DNA of 64,000 nucleotides from Camelus dromedarius. Its lineage: Eukaryota. Each line of letters begins with the position of its first letter. Within the stretch, counting starts at the first letter, position 1. A program made the position numbers and the translations under genes. Positions 26,101-40,462 of the stretch are shown in pieces. The notes beneath the pieces are model-generated. The model had not been told where the DNA came from, did no database searches, and saw only the letters and a list, made by a program, of their open reading frames with translations. The stretch spans positions 72,356,001 to 72,420,000 of the forward strand of contig NC_087437.1 in NCBI RefSeq assembly GCF_036321535.1, written 5' to 3'.

Positions 26101-28099
26101 ATTCTTTCTTCTATCCATCTATCTCCTAGCTCTGTGCTTATGTATATACATATTTTAGAATCAAATACTATATGCCTCCAATTAAAATTTGGGAACATTT
26201 CTTTGACCTCTATATTATGTCTGTATTCCTCCTGTGTTCTCAGAGACATAGGAATTGGTAGAATTAGATGATCCTATACTTACCTATTCACTTTATCTCA
26301 TATTACACGCTTAATAGTCTTAGAATCACAATGTTTTTTATTTCAGGAAAATTTTTTAATATATTTTTTAGTATTTTTTCTCTTGCATTGATTTTCTTCA
26401 CCAGGGATTTCTGTTAACTGTATATTAGATCTTTTTTTTGCCTGCATTCAATATTGTTACTTTCTCTCAAATCCTTTTTACCTATTCATTTCTTTTGAAT
26501 TTAGAAACCAGTCTAATTTTTACCTTCTGTGTTACTAAGGTGTTATCTGTCATGCTCATTCACCCTTGTGTTCCTTCTTGTTTAGTGTTTGTTCCTGAAA
26601 TGTTTATTTCTAATTCTTTTCTGAAGTCTCGCCTTATTTTGAGTTTTTCTGATCTAAATTATGTTATTCTTTCATGTCTTGTTTTAAATTTCTTTTAGCT
26701 CTCTTTAAATCTATTTTGTGAGTGTCTTTCTGACATGCTTTCATTGTTTGCAGGGAAGTTATTCTGTTCTTTAATTTCTTATAATCACTTGGTCTGGGAT
26801 TTGCCCTTAATATGTTCCTGTTTCTTAATTAGCTCTTCCAGATTTTTAGAATGAGCAATGAAATGGTTCAGGGTAGCTTTTCTAACTGCAGAGAGCTCTA
26901 TTTTCTGGTCTTGGGTTTTGTTTTTTCTTTCCTTTTATAGAGTTCAGAAATGTTGTGGCTTGCTTTCTGAACTCTGTTTTCCTCCCCCACCTTCCTATGA
27001 CCCTTTTCTTCTCTTCATCTTTATCATCCCTGTCATATCCTCTGATGCCACTCCTAGTAGTTACCGCTTAGTGTGGGCCCTATCCCGGGAGGGAGCCATG
27101 GTGGCCAAGTTTTGAAAGTTCACAGAGACTAGACCTCTCCAGCCACCCTCTTCCTGCGGGCTCCTATGATTACCAGCTAACGGAGTGGGCACACCCCTCC
27201 CAGTTCAGTTGCTATTTCCACTTGGCCCGCATATGCTCCAGTGAGTTCCTTGGCTACTTTGGGGTCCTGCTACTCTCAGATCGGTCAAATGCCCTTTTGC
27301 ATCTTTCTGCTTCTGTCTGCACAGAGCTGATACCATGCCTGTTGGTAATTTGTCCTCATCTGCATTCTCTGGGGTAATTTGTTACCTGGGATTTTTTTGT
27401 TTGTTGGTGTTGGGTTTTTTTGGTAAATGTTAGTTACGAGTTTTTGGTTTTCTGTGTAGTTGCTCTGTTTGTTTTGGCGTGGGGATTTGGAAAGACTCAA
27501 AACCTATGCTGCTGCCACCCCCATCTTCCCAAAATGAACAATGAACTCTTGAATTATGTTGAAAACATTAAATTTTCTAAAATTTATTCTGTTTCTCTTA
27601 ATAAATCTCTTTCAAAGGGAGGCAGTCCCTTTGATTCTTCAGAATTGTCTTTCTTTTTTTAAGTGTTGAAAAATACGGTGGCTTGCTTTTTGAGCTCTGT
27701 GTCCCTCTACCTTTATATGAACCTTTTCTAACATATAAATAATATTTTTGCATAGATATCCTATGCTTTTTATCCTCTCTCACTCCCTCCCTCCCTTCCT
27801 TCCTTCATCTCTTAAATCAAAACAAAATCTAATAAGAGGGCTGCCTGTGCTTTCCATTTATTGACTTAGAATCATGAGGAACTGCAGCAGACAGTGTCCG
27901 AGCCCCACCTGTATCTTTCTTTCATCTTCATCATTTTGGTGCATCTGCCCAACTTCCAATTGCTGGCACCTGCACTTCGTTGCTTATGGGCTCTCCCTGG
28001 TCACCAGAGGCTGCTTGGTTTACCTGAGCAGTGGGCTGGAAGTGCTAATGCCCCTCCTGAGAGCAGCCTTCAAGTCATGAGTGATGAGAATCGATGTAT

Positions 28100-28570
28100 A
28101 TGGCATCCAAAAAAAATGGCCCGCTCACAGAGACCACATTCTAATCTCCTAAACCTATGAATATGTTACCTTATATGCCAAAATTATTCTGCAGATGAAA
28201 CTAAGTTAATTATCTTAAGATGGAAGTTTATTTTGGATTATTTAGGTGAGCCCAGTCCTGTCATAGAGTCCTTAAAAATGGAAGAAGGAAGTCACAATCA
28301 CAGGGAAATTTGAAGATGCTGTGCTGTTGGCTCTGAAGATGGGTAAGAGGACAGCCAAGGAATGCAAGTGGCCTCTGGAAGCTAAAAAGACAAAGAAATA
28401 GATTCTCCCAGATGCAGAGACTAGAACTTCCAGATGCAGCCCTGCCGTCACCTTGGTTTTAGCCTAGTGTGACACATTTTGACCTCTGGAACTGTAAGAG
28501 AGTAAATTGTGTTATTGTAAGCTGCCCTGTTTGTGGCAGTTGGTTACAGGAGCAATAGGAAACGAGTAAA
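28100..28570. mobile_element. MLT1D-like MaLR solo LTR
   Basis: Recalled motifs 'aacctatgaatatgttaccttatatg' and 'agccaaggaatgcaagtggcctctggaagct..gattctccc'. Confidence 0.7.
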
Positions 28571-29182
28571 ATGGTTACATGCACCAGCTGCCCTGTCCTT
28601 GAGTGGGAGGGCTCTGAGGCCTATGCTTCATGCTGGCTCGCAGAGTTCCTGGAACTGGGGGCTAAGTTCCTTCTCTCCGGTGGTAACTCTCTAAAGAAAA
28701 AACCACTTACTAGCTTCCTTCACATTCCTGCCTAACTTTTTCACTCCCATACTGTGTTGGAAACACCTCCAAATAAATAGCTTGCCCTCAAGTCCTTGAA
28801 TTGAAATTTGCTTCTGGAAAAACCCAACCTGAAACAGAACTTGAGATGGCTTTGGTGATAGACTGATGTAGGGTCTTGTTTAAATTCTTCAAGTTTGGAT
28901 TGAAGAAGAGAGTTTGATATTTATCATACACTGTTACTGTTTCCAAGGTGCAGTGATGAGGGGCCTTGGGAAATGGGTAGAAGCCTGAAACTCAGGTGGT
29001 GACAAAACATAGTCTCTGCCTTGTTTTTCCCCCTTCTTTGGATGTGTTCCTTGTGTGGTTCTTTAGGACTTAGGATAAGACTCTGTGTTGTGAGTCTCCA
29101 GAAGTGATTCCCAGGGCTACTAGGGACGGTGAATCTGAGGTGGAAGTTTAAGGCAGATACTGTAGATTGGCTCACTCTGCAT

Positions 29183-29390
29183 TAGGGTTTCATAACTTTG
29201 GCACCATTGACATTTTGGGCTGGATAATCCTTTGAGGGCTGTCCTGTGCTTTGTAGGATGTTTAGCAACATCCTTGGCCTCTATCCTCTAAATGTTATTC
29301 TCACCCCCACCTCAGTTGTGACAACCCAAAATGTCTCCAGGCATTGTCCTGGAGGGACAAAATCACCCGTCGGCAGTAACCATTCCTCTG
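29183..29390. mobile_element. MER20 hAT-Charlie DNA transposon
   Basis: Recalled MER20 core 'ggcac.attgacattttgggctggataat..gggctgtcctgtgc.ttgtaggatgtttagca.catcc.tggcctcta'. Confidence 0.8.
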
Positions 29391-30209
29391 TGTAACCTCA
29401 ACTCTTTTTTTCTCCTGCCTTCCGGTACTCTGGAGGAAGGCAAATGAAGATCGCATTCCCCAGACTCCCTTGTAGTCAGGATTCTGTGTGTGAGACTTGG
29501 AACATGGCAGTGAACATCATGGGACAGCAGCCAAGTGACTTTTCTGACAAGCACTGTCATTGAGGCTTTGTTTTGTTCTGCTTCTAGAACAGTAGCAGTG
29601 ATGGACTAGTCTCTGGCTTCACAGGCATTGAGTGCAGTGGCAGAAGTGTGGGTTTTTTTTTTCAGCCCTACTGGATAACTGGATATTTCTCTTTACTGTA
29701 TTTCTTCTCTTCATATAACATCTAAGTTGGTTTCCTGGCACTTCAAAAAATTTGAAATGAATCCTTTTCTGATTAAACTAGCTATAGATGATTTTATTAT
29801 TTGAAACACAGTCATTCTTACTGGGACTGTGTACAAGGAGCTTCACAGCCTTAACTGTGGCTTTGGCTTCATGAAGGAAGTGGAGAGAAAGATACTAAGG
29901 ATTCAGATGTTGTAGACTAGAAAACTTGTAAACCTGGTTATATGATGTCAAATCATCCTTGGATGGCAGAACCCATGCTGGCTAAGCTTGTAACATTAAC
30001 CAAAAAGATAGGAAACATTCAAAACGTTAGTGTGTATGTGCTGATTCTTGCTGCTTTCAGCAAAGTCCTGCAAGATACAGATTAACTCAAACCAAAGGTA
30101 GAAGGAAATAGCACTTGGCTAGGAGAGGCCATGGACCTGTTGCCTGCAATCTAAGGAGACTGCGTCTTTAGTAATTTGGAATCTTGCAGAGTTAAAAAAT
30201 TCAACTGTG

Positions 30210-30887
30210 GTGTTTACTCAAATGAATTGAAAAATTAGGTCCATACAAAAACCTGCACACAGATGATCATAGCAGCCTTATTCGTAATTGCCAAAACTTG
30301 GAAGTAGCCAAGATGACCTTCAGTTGAATGAATAAACTGGGATACATCCAGACAATGGAATATTATTTAGCATTAAAAATAAATGAGCTATCAAGCTATG
30401 GAAAAACATAGATGAAGCTTAAATACATATTATACTAAGTGAAATAAGTCAATCTGAAAAGTCTGCATCCTGTATGATTCTAACTATATGACATTCTGGA
30501 AAAAGCAAAACTATGGCCACAGTGTTTACCAGGGTTAGAGGGGAGGAAGAGGGAGGTGCATAGGCAGAGCAGTGATTTTTAGGGCAGTGAAGCTACTCTG
30601 TATGATACTATAATGGTGGATAAATGTCAATGGATACTTTTGTCAAAACCCATAGAAGGTACAACACCTGGAGTGAACTGTAGTATCAACTATGGACTTT
30701 GGGTGATAATGATCTGTCCATGTTTGTTCATCTAGTGTAACAAACGTTCTACTCTGGTGCAGGATATTGATGGTGGGAAAGGCTGTGCTTTTGTTGGGGA
30801 AGGAAGTATAGGGGAACTCTGTACTTTCCACTCAGTGTTGCTGTGAACCCTAAAACTGCTCTAAAGAATGAAGTCTATTTTAAAAAA
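30210..30887 (+). mobile_element. L1MC-type LINE-1 3' end
   Basis: L1 3' motifs (aaaacctgcacacagatg..agcagccttattcgtaattgccaaaacttgg) and terminus 'ctgctctaaag..gtctattttaaaaaa'. Confidence 0.75.
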
Positions 30888-31042
30888 TCAACTTTTCTTA
30901 CCTCAGTAGTAAAGGCTACGGTAAAACTGCAGCCTTAGAAGGAGATAAATTTCTGATCTCAAGTTTTTTCAGGCAAGTCTCTTAAGAGTTCTTTGCCTGA
31001 TAATGGCAGCTAGCTCACTGATAAAGATCAGATTAAGAATTA

Positions 31043-31191
31043 GGGGGGAGGGTATAGCTCAGTGGTAGAGGATGTGCCTAGCATGTAGGAGATGCTGGGT
31101 TCCATCCCCAGTACCTCTGTTAAAAATCAATCAATCAATCAATAAACCTAATTACACCCCCCCACACAAAAAAAAGATAAAAAAAGAAAAG
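31043..31191 (+). mobile_element. Monomeric tRNA-derived SINE (camelid Vic-1-like)
   Basis: GGGGGGAGGGTATAGCTCAGTGGTAGAG head, B-box-like GGGTTCCATCCC, 'aaacctaattac.cccc' tail, TSD AAGAATTA at 31035-31042 and 31192-31199. Confidence 0.9.
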
Positions 31192-31551
31192 AAGAATTAC
31201 CTTCCCGCATAATCCTCTTTCAAATAGTCTCAGGATAGCTCTCATTGACTGAGAGCTAGAGGATGGACAAAGTGGCCAGTAAATAAGTGAATCTTCTGGC
31301 TTAAAAATCCACAACTATACAGGCTCCTTTACTGTGGTTATTTGTGTATGAAACTTATTGAAAAATAATAGAAAGAAATCCAACTAGATTTTTGAGGGAA
31401 CCCCAAGACTAGCTTGTGACTATTAAACACCAACACTCTACCTGGACTCTGACTTGCACAAACAGGAAGCAGAAGGGTGAAGCTGTGCATTTCCCAAAGT
31501 CATCCTTTCCAATGCCCCCCTCAGCTGTGGTCATAAAGGAAAAAGGACCAA

Positions 31552-31990
31552 TGTAGTAGGAGCCATGATGCACTATCCAGATCCCCTTTAGGATGAAAGG
31601 ACTTAATTCTTTAGCTGCTGGAAGCGTTCTTAGCTGAGATTCCTCAGCTGTCAGTCTTGTCTGGGTAATTGCTGGAGAGAAGTACTTCACCAAAGGACAC
31701 ACTGCCTTTCCTGGAGACAACCTACATGCAAGACTTGTCAGTGCAGGTGCGTAAAGTCCCAGCTTTCTTGGCCAAACTTGAAACCACTCTAAGGGGCCAA
31801 TCCAGTTTTCGATCTCCCCATGGTTGACTGAAGCCTTTGCTGAGACTATCACAGCCTGGTGTCTCCCTCAGCTTACTCCTGCTCTCTTCTCTGCCCCTGC
31901 ACACAGCGATCCCTAGTGCGTGCTAATAAATTTCCTGCATTGCCATCTCAGCCTCAGAGTCTGCTTCCTGAGGAGCTTAATCTTCAAACA
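31552..31990. mobile_element. LTR16-like ERVL solo LTR
   Basis: Recalled LTR16 start 'tgtagtaggagccatgatg..ccagatccccttt.aggatgaaaggact'; AATAAA near 31925. Confidence 0.55.
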
Positions 31991-33454
31991 CTAGGAAGGG
32001 GCTTCAGAGGGCAAAGCCTGGGGCAACTGGAAGCACAAACTTAGGAACCACTGTTGCAGCAGGACATCCTCACTCTTGACAGTAGCTACTCATATTTCCT
32101 TTATACCCTTTTCCTTATAGAAATGTGTGTGTATCTTTTCCCTAAAAGCTGCAAAGAAATTGTATCAACACTTTTGCCTTCGGCTTGAAGTAGCCTTCTA
32201 TATAATTTGGAGCATTGATGCACCACAGTCTAGAAAAGATATGCAGAAACATGTTATTCTTTATCAAAAGGGACCAAATATTATCCAATTAGAATTGATT
32301 ATTGTTATATAATAATAACAAATTATAATAATTGAAACTATATTCTTTCTTCATTTAGGGAGACCCATTGTTCTAAAAGTGGGACTCCTTTATGTTACAT
32401 TTTATTATTGCAAATAACAGTTTATTCAACAATCAAAAATTGCTTATGAAATTTTTAAAAAACACTATCATGGAAATGTTGGGAGCTTATAACTTGCCTT
32501 TTAGTTCATAGTTCATGGAACCATGAGAAGCTACATAGAAATCTGATGGGAGGAATATTTGTCCTCCAAATATCTTGACTTTGGACGAGCTGGTAAGGTA
32601 AGATACTAGTATTGTCCCTTTTGGAGAAGGGTGTGTGCTTTTCTTGGATATTTAAGTGGTCAGAGTGGTCGATGTGGTAGAGACAGCTTTGGCCCTTCTT
32701 TCTTAGTAAAGGAATCTAGAAATTTAGTTGTGTATTTTTCCTGTCTGGATAGAGGATTTTATTTTCAAGTCTTCCTTGCAAGAAATTGTGATCATATGAT
32801 TAAGTCATGTTCAATGTGTTATAAGTGAAAGCTTGGTACTAGATTTCCAGAAAATCTCCTTCAAGGGTCTTGGTCATCCCCAAGGGATGCCCCCTTTACC
32901 CTTCTGCCTCTCACACTTCGAGCTTATAACTCAAGACATGATAACTGGAGCTGAGACCATTCTTCTTGGATCATGGACCCAGAGGATGGATGTCAGAATT
33001 AAGACAGTGAAGCAAAAAAGACAGAATACAGAGTTGCTGTTTAATGAGGAGCCACATCCTGCCTGCCTCTAAACTTCTTTTGCAAGTGAAAGAAACAATG
33101 TTCTGCTGTATTAAAGCCATCACTATTTCAGATTTTTTCCACTATATACAGCAGAACTCAGTCTAAACTGATATAAAACTCGTGATGTAACCCTAAAGTA
33201 GCCCTTTGACCTGTCATCACTCTTCCTAGGAAAGGTTAGAAATGTGCTGCCTGGCGGCCTCTATAGTTGTCGAGTATACTAAACTTCACAGGAGATGAAT
33301 TAGGCTCGAGAACTTCTAGCTTCTCGATTTCTAAAAGAAGTTCCACGGAAGTTTTATAGAGAGGCAGTTTCCTTTCGTATTAATATAGAATACTTCCTGG
33401 ACATTAACATTTTGGCATTTACTGGGAATTTGCAGGATGGAAAGCAAAATAACA

Positions 33455-33928
33455 TTATTTTTCTATTGCCTTTATAACAAATTAGCACAAACTCAGTAGC
33501 TTAAAACAGCATAAATCTATTCTGTTACAGTTCTAAAGAATCAGAACTCCAAAGTGTCTTACAAAACTGAAATCAAGATGTCAGCAGAGCAGGTTCCTTC
33601 TGGTGACTCCAGGGGGAGAATCCATCCCTTGGCTATTCCAGCTTCTAGAGGTCACTGAATTTCCTTGGCTTGTGGCTGCATCACTTCAATCTCTGCTTCT
33701 GTTGTCACATTGCCTTCTTCAATGCTGACACCTTCTGTGTCCCTCTTATAAGCATCATTGTAATTACATTGGGTCCACCCTGGATAAGCCAGGATAATCT
33801 CTTTATCCCAAGACCCTTAATTTAATCAAATCTACAAATTCGCTTTTGCCATAAGGTAGCAGGGGTTCCAGGGGTCCTGGGTTCGGGATATGGACACATT
33901 TGGGAAGCTGGTATTCAGCCTACCACAC
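33455..33928. mobile_element. MLT1B/C-like MaLR solo LTR
   Basis: Recalled motifs 'ataacaaattagcacaaactcagtagcttaaaaca' and 'ttccagcttctagagg..ttccttggcttgtggc'. Confidence 0.7.
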
Positions 33929-36900
33929 TCATCTAGACATCTTGATTAGAGGTCACCCAGGAAAGCTTTTTTCTAATTTAAAAGCAACATAAATGGTTAG
34001 ATATGGTTACTGTTAGATACAGTTGCCTTTTTAAAAAGCAACTTCTATAAATCAAAAACTACTATTCAAATGTTAAAAGGCAAAAACTATTTGCTGAAAA
34101 TATAACAGGCAAGGTGACGAGAGTTTAATATATTCAATATATGCACGATAAAATTTTAAAATATTAAGAAAACCACTGACTCCAATATCTTGATCAACAG
34201 TTAATTACTCAAGAACAGCAATTCACAAATTATAAAACACCCCCAAATTTGTTCATCCTCATTAAACATAAAAATCCAAAATAAGTGGAAAGTTTTACTT
34301 TTAAAATTTTCATGATCATAACAAGATATTACTAATGGTAAAGATGCAGTTAAACCAAATCTGGATGCTCTCATAACTTGGCACTAGAAATGTACGTTGG
34401 TGGTTCTTGGAAGTTATGTAGACCTAAGTATCAGGAAGGCTAAAAATGTTCACATACTCATCCCAATAATTTCACTTGCGGGAGATCATCCAAAATGCAG
34501 CAGAGCAAAAATGTTTATTTTTATGTGAAAAGTTGGAAAAACCTAAATACCCTATTGTAGGGAAAGGGCTAAATAAATAGTCCTATAAGATGGAACATTA
34601 TTCAGCTATTTAAATATATGCCACTGGAGAGTAGTTTTTCCTAAATCACTTGGAGAAGTGCTGATGATAAGGGAGGGCAGAGAGAGCAATCCCACAAGGC
34701 TGCTGAGCTGCAGCCAAAACCTTGCTCAAAGGTCAGAAGAAAATGCCTCCCACAGATCTGGTGTTTCTGAGTTTCTTTTCAAACCATTATGTGGGAAGAC
34801 TTAGATATGTAGTTATTTGAATTTATTAACACTGACTCCAATCAGTATTAAAAGGATTAAAACGACCAAACTTCAGTTAGTTACCATTGGCCTGGCCCTA
34901 CTGGATGTTGAAATATGAAATGCTGTACGTCTGAACTGGTTGGTGAATGGTGACTAGTTGCTGTGCTGAGCCCTCGAATTGTCCCTGCTTCCCTGGCCTC
35001 CTGGGACCATCCTTGGGACCTCTCATTCTGGGATCCCTTTATTTTTGAGCAACTGAAATGACTGGCACTGATGGGCCTCCAGGAAGCTGCTGGATGGGTA
35101 AGCAAATACATATTTCATTTCGGGATAAACTCCTCCCAAATTCTTTGTTTGACCTTACTCCAAGATAAAGCTTGTTTTGCTTTGAATTACTATTTACTCA
35201 TTTACATCTTCTTCTCGTGAAGTCATGTAAATAAGGAGAGAATGCTACTGGGAAGACAGATGTAGGTGGAGCTGTGCAGTTCAGCTCTGAAACAGCCTTT
35301 GATTTTACGGGTCCGATTCCCACTGTGCGCTTAGCCACTTTCACTTCTATAGTTAAAAGAATGTGAATTTTCCATGTTTCTGCCTGTTTCCTATGCCTGT
35401 TTTTTTTCACTATTTTCCCCGTTGACTTGGCTAATCATCACAGTTTCTCCCAAATTGACTAATTTAATACTGCGATTTCTACTAAGCTAGCTTTCATGCC
35501 TTCCCACCATCTACAGAATTCTCCCTATGAAGGATATTACCCATTGAACAAGGGGCACAGGAAAGCAAAATAAAAAGTTGTATATTCAACACTGTCATAA
35601 CTATGTCAAATTAATGTGTTAGACTGGGTTCTCCAAAAAGCACACTCCAAACAGGATGAAATATGCAGGGATTAGATTAGGGGAAATGCCTGTGAGAAAA
35701 AAAAAAAAAAATGCCAGAGAGAACTGTTTGACCTCAGAGCAAGTGTGATTGTGAGTGACAGCAGGAAGCAGTTTGGGTGGAAACATCCTAGACTGCTATG
35801 TCCTGCGAAGACAATTTGGTGGGGCTCTCCAGGAGTTCTTAAGTCACAGTAGGTCCTTAGAGGGGTCCTGGGTCTCTCAGAAAAGGGCCTGCCTTGGTGC
35901 TTATGTTGTGCTTAGTTGCTGGCTGGGAAGCGCAGCCTCATGGCACGAATCGGGGGATAAGTTTCAGAGTGCAGAACCTGTTCACAGCTTCAGACCCTAA
36001 CGTTCTGCTGAGATCTGAAGCTGCAGGCACGTCAGAACGTGTACACATCCACAAAAGTAAAAGATGAAACAATTTGCAAAGCAATGATGCTTCCATAAAT
36101 CGGCTTCACGAGGAAAGCAATAGGATAAACATACATCCACAATGGCATAAAAATATAAGCATATACAAATATTGTACACACAGGTGCATGGGGTATAGGA
36201 GAAGTCAACCCTCTCCCTGTCCATGCCTCAAACGTACAAATAAACAAGACACAGTCACTCTATACTTTTCTGTCTGAATGAGAAGAAAGAAAGGAAAATA
36301 CATTTATCAGGATCCTAATTTTGCACCAGGCAGTGTCATAAGTGGCTTCATGTTCCTAAGTTAAAATATACATTACTATTTATGTCTCTTATTGAATACT
36401 AACAACAAGCTTCCAGGTAGGTGTGATTTTCCCTGCTTTACACACGAAGTTATGTGATTCAAAGAGGTAATAGATTCAAAATTAAGTAGCCTGTCTAAGG
36501 ACACACATCTAGTAAAGGACAGAACCAGAATACATTTCAAATCCGCCAATAAGGAGGTAAGGGGACAAGGGTGTTCTTCGGTATTGCTTGTATATACATT
36601 TTTTATTGCAAGAAGAAGTTTTCCCAAGGCATCTTCAGTCTTCTAACTTTTGCAGCTGGGGGTTTTTATACCCTCTTTTTAGATCAGCCCTGCCCATCTG
36701 ACAGTGTGGGTCTGATCCTCTCACCAAAGGAACACTTTAAAGAGCCAAGGGGAGGAGCTCAACATTAAGTCAGCATCCTCCCGCATCTCAGGTGTGGTGC
36801 CAATGACTGCTACCCTTTACTGTATCCCAGTTTCAGTAAGTGGTCCCTCACTTGTTACCTGTCCAGCTCTCTAGTCTTGCTGTGACTCTGTGATTACTTT

Positions 36901-39900
36901 GACCCCTTGCAATCTTTTGGAGGGTGAGAGCTCTTTCCCTGAGAGACAGACCTAATGACGGGGCCCTTTCTTAGCCCTTCTGTTCTCAGGCCTCTAATTC
37001 TTCCCGCTCTTTACTTTTCTGGTCTCTCTGTGAAGCTGATCTATCCTTGTGAATTTTTTGGAATTCAGACCTTCTTTAATCTGTTATATTTCTCTGCTAA
37101 TCAAAGCTTTGTTTTGACACTTCAGAGTCTCACTCTCTGTGCAACAATGACTGCCATTAGCAAATAAACATTTTCAACTTGTTCTCCCATCATTATTTTT
37201 TGGCTTATTAATATAGGGCTTCCTGGTATCCATCTTGTCCAAATGAAACCCAATCTTTGGTTCAGAAACAATTATAGATGCAATTTATTGATCACTTTGC
37301 ATATATTACCTCAGTTAACCAATGCAATAGATATTATTACTGTCTGTGTTCTACAGAAGAGGAAATTGAGATGTTGAGCAGATTTGGTTCTCTGGAAGCA
37401 GACACTGAAATTAATTAGGGATCAACACCTGTGAAAAGGGAGGGGTTGGCAGGGAGATTGGGCAGAGAAAGAAGTCAATCTGTGCTATAAGCCGACATAA
37501 CCTTGGCTGACTCAGCTGGGAGCTCTGGGTCAAGTATTGCCCACAGCATCCTATGTGAAGTCAAAATGGCCAACCCTTAATCACTTTCTTTGCTCCATAC
37601 TGGATTAGGCTGTCATGGGAAAGCATGACCTTGAACAAGGTGAGTTTCAGCTGAGTAGACCCTGAAGTAGATACCTGGATACTGTCTGCTGAGTGCATTC
37701 CCCACAGCTAAGAGCAAATCTGTCCTGGAAGGGCAATCTGAGTGGTACATCTGTGTCTACCACAGACTCTAAGAATCTAGGAAGTATATGAAAGATTCTA
37801 CCACTAGCAAGTGACAAAGATTTGACACCAAGTCTTTTGTGGTTCAAAAGTCCATGCCTCCCACCAATTCATAATTGGTTTCCAAATATTCATCCAAACC
37901 AGCTATATCAGAATCACCTTTAAAATATCAGTTTCTTTAAATTATGAATATTTGGCCTCCATCCTTTGAGATTCTCATTCAATAGATGTAAATGGGATCC
38001 AATAGTTCCACTCAGTTTATAAAAAGTCCCCATGCTGGTTCTAAAGTACAGTCATATATAAAAACCTTTGCTATCATTGATGAGAAGATGCCAAGGAGAA
38101 GAATGGAAATGATTTCAAGTGCTGGACTACATTTCTGGTAGAAGCTATGCAATGAGTTTTGGAGTATTAAAACATTTCAGAATCAAGAGTCACCCCTCTA
38201 GGCTGATGTTTACTAAAGTCAGGAACCTGCATCTTGTTTTGTGATTGCTGTTACTCTGATCACCCAGGAGTAAAAGTTTGGAGAAAGTACAGCTGCTTCA
38301 TGGTTCATAAAAGCAACTGTGTCTATAAATGAACTGAAGAATTTGTCCTCTGAGTAGTTCCAAAGATGTCTCAAAATAAATTTGAAGATTGCAAATTCTA
38401 TTTTTCTTTTTGTCTTTCACCATAAAATTGGAACTAGGTTCATGTTTTTTAAATTGTTTCTCAAATACAATGTAATTACTTTTTTAAATGTAGTAAATTC
38501 TTCAAATTTGCACATTTGAATAAAAGGTATAATTTTCTGATCAAACAGGACATGATTATAACGGGACAAGGGTCATGATAAAAGCTTAATTACTAGATGA
38601 GGCATAAATTTAAAGCAAAATGGACTTGTTCCTGAGCTAGCAAACTTCTGAGACAGGCTTCTTTCAATTCTTTATGAGAATGAAGATATGAGTCAGATTC
38701 TGATGGAGGGTTCTGTCGACAGTGGGGCTCTAAGGACTCCAGGTATGGAGGGACATGCTGATAAAAGTCACAAAATACGTATCATTTAAAAAATACATTA
38801 GATGTTACATAAGGTTTCCCCCCCAAATTTTGTCTAATTAGCATGGGTTTTTTCACATAAAAAAATCTCTAAAATAGTGAATCATGAATAAAATTCTGTG
38901 CTGAGATAAACAAAATTTATATGACTTCTCTCTGGTTTGGGACAATATCCTGAGATCCTTGGCCTATGGTTTATGACTTTTGACCTCTGAGACAATTTTA
39001 AAGGGACAATAAGCCTTGTCTCAGCTGCCACAGGACATTTGCATTCCACCTTGAGAGTGGGAAAGTTGTGTACCTATGACTCTAATATTTCCCAGAATGT
39101 CAATGCCAGTAATAGAAGTACTAAGAAGCTATGAGTAGTTACTCAGTGTTACTCCATGATGGTTGAAATGCATGAATACTTACATTCTAACACAAGGGTT
39201 GATAGGAGGAAGCTGCAGTGCTGGTTGACTGAGCTCTTTAAAATCAAGGACAGTGACTTTTCATCTTTGTGCCTCCAACCATTGCACAGTGTGTATCTGA
39301 ATCAACGAATGTATGATAACTGATTTTTAACCTTATATACTTAAAACCATTTATATTTAACCTTGGAAAAAAAATCATCATCCTCTGAAAGAAAGAGTTC
39401 TAAAGTCAACTTCTGTCAATGACCACCTATGTCACAAGTCTAGAGTTTTCATTTTCATTTAGAATCTCAAATGGGTGATTTTAATTAGCTTCTCTGGTTA
39501 GAAGTTAGCTACTTATTATTACAAGTGGCCTTGGAGAAAACAACTCCACATTGATCTTGAACTTTTCCATTTCTTCTTTTATTGTTTGTATTCTGTTTAA
39601 TCCAGACAATAACCACGTGAAGAAATGTTGAAAATGGAAGTTTCCTTTCACTGATTTTCAAGATGTTATTCAGCTTGGAACTTTATTATTTAGAGAGGAC
39701 GTGTAGCCAATACTAACATTGATCTGGTTCCAGTGATATTTATCTACAGACTAAAAGATAGCTGCCCTTCCCTCAACCGCTGAGGAAGGGGACCTGTCAC
39801 TCATGTTCTCCATAATCTCAGATAAATCTCCCCTGGCTTAATGACAGTAAGCATTCTCATCTTATTATGACCTGATGTTTGGGAAGAAAAATCTAAAATC

Positions 39901-40374
39901 TCTTACATAAAAGAAGTTTCATAATCACAAGCTATGAAAAGGGGGAAAATGTATATTTACCATAGGTACTTTTTACCATGAGTTTCCTGACCTTAATTTG
40001 ATTAAAATCTCTACCTAAATATTGCAACAATTAAGATTTCTTTAGAGTTTGTTCATTTCACTGAACTTTGAATGAGAAAAACCCCAATATGGGGCAAAAA
40101 GAGAAGTTAAAGACTGAGCTGCTCTGCAGATCAGGGCATTTCAAAGTGAACAGCCAATTTGACAAGAAGCAAAAGCCTCAGAACAGAGTTCCATGTAGTC
40201 TTTCTATTTATTTTGTTTCGCAAACTGTTCAGGCTCTTCTTACTGTCCTCTCCCACCTACTCTCTCTTCCCTATTTACTTTATAGATGTCATTGAAGTAG
40301 GTAACCTGATCCAACCCTGAAGGATTTAGGGGAGGAAGGGAAACCTACTTGAGTATCCCTGATAGAAACAGGAA

Positions 40375-40462
40375 ATGAAGACATCGCTTGCCATGCTTGG
40401 TATTGGGAAGTTGTCTTGGGTCCTCTTTCTAATCCTACATCTAGGCATTTGGAATATCAGTG
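40375..40462 (+). pseudogene. BTLA: BTLA exon 1 coding part (88 nt), intact signal peptide MKTSLAMLGIGKLSWVLFLILHLGIWNIS(G)
   Basis: ATG at 40375, GTAAGG donor at 40463; aligns with recalled human MKTLPAMLGTGKLFWVFFLIPYLDIWNIHG. Confidence 0.95.
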
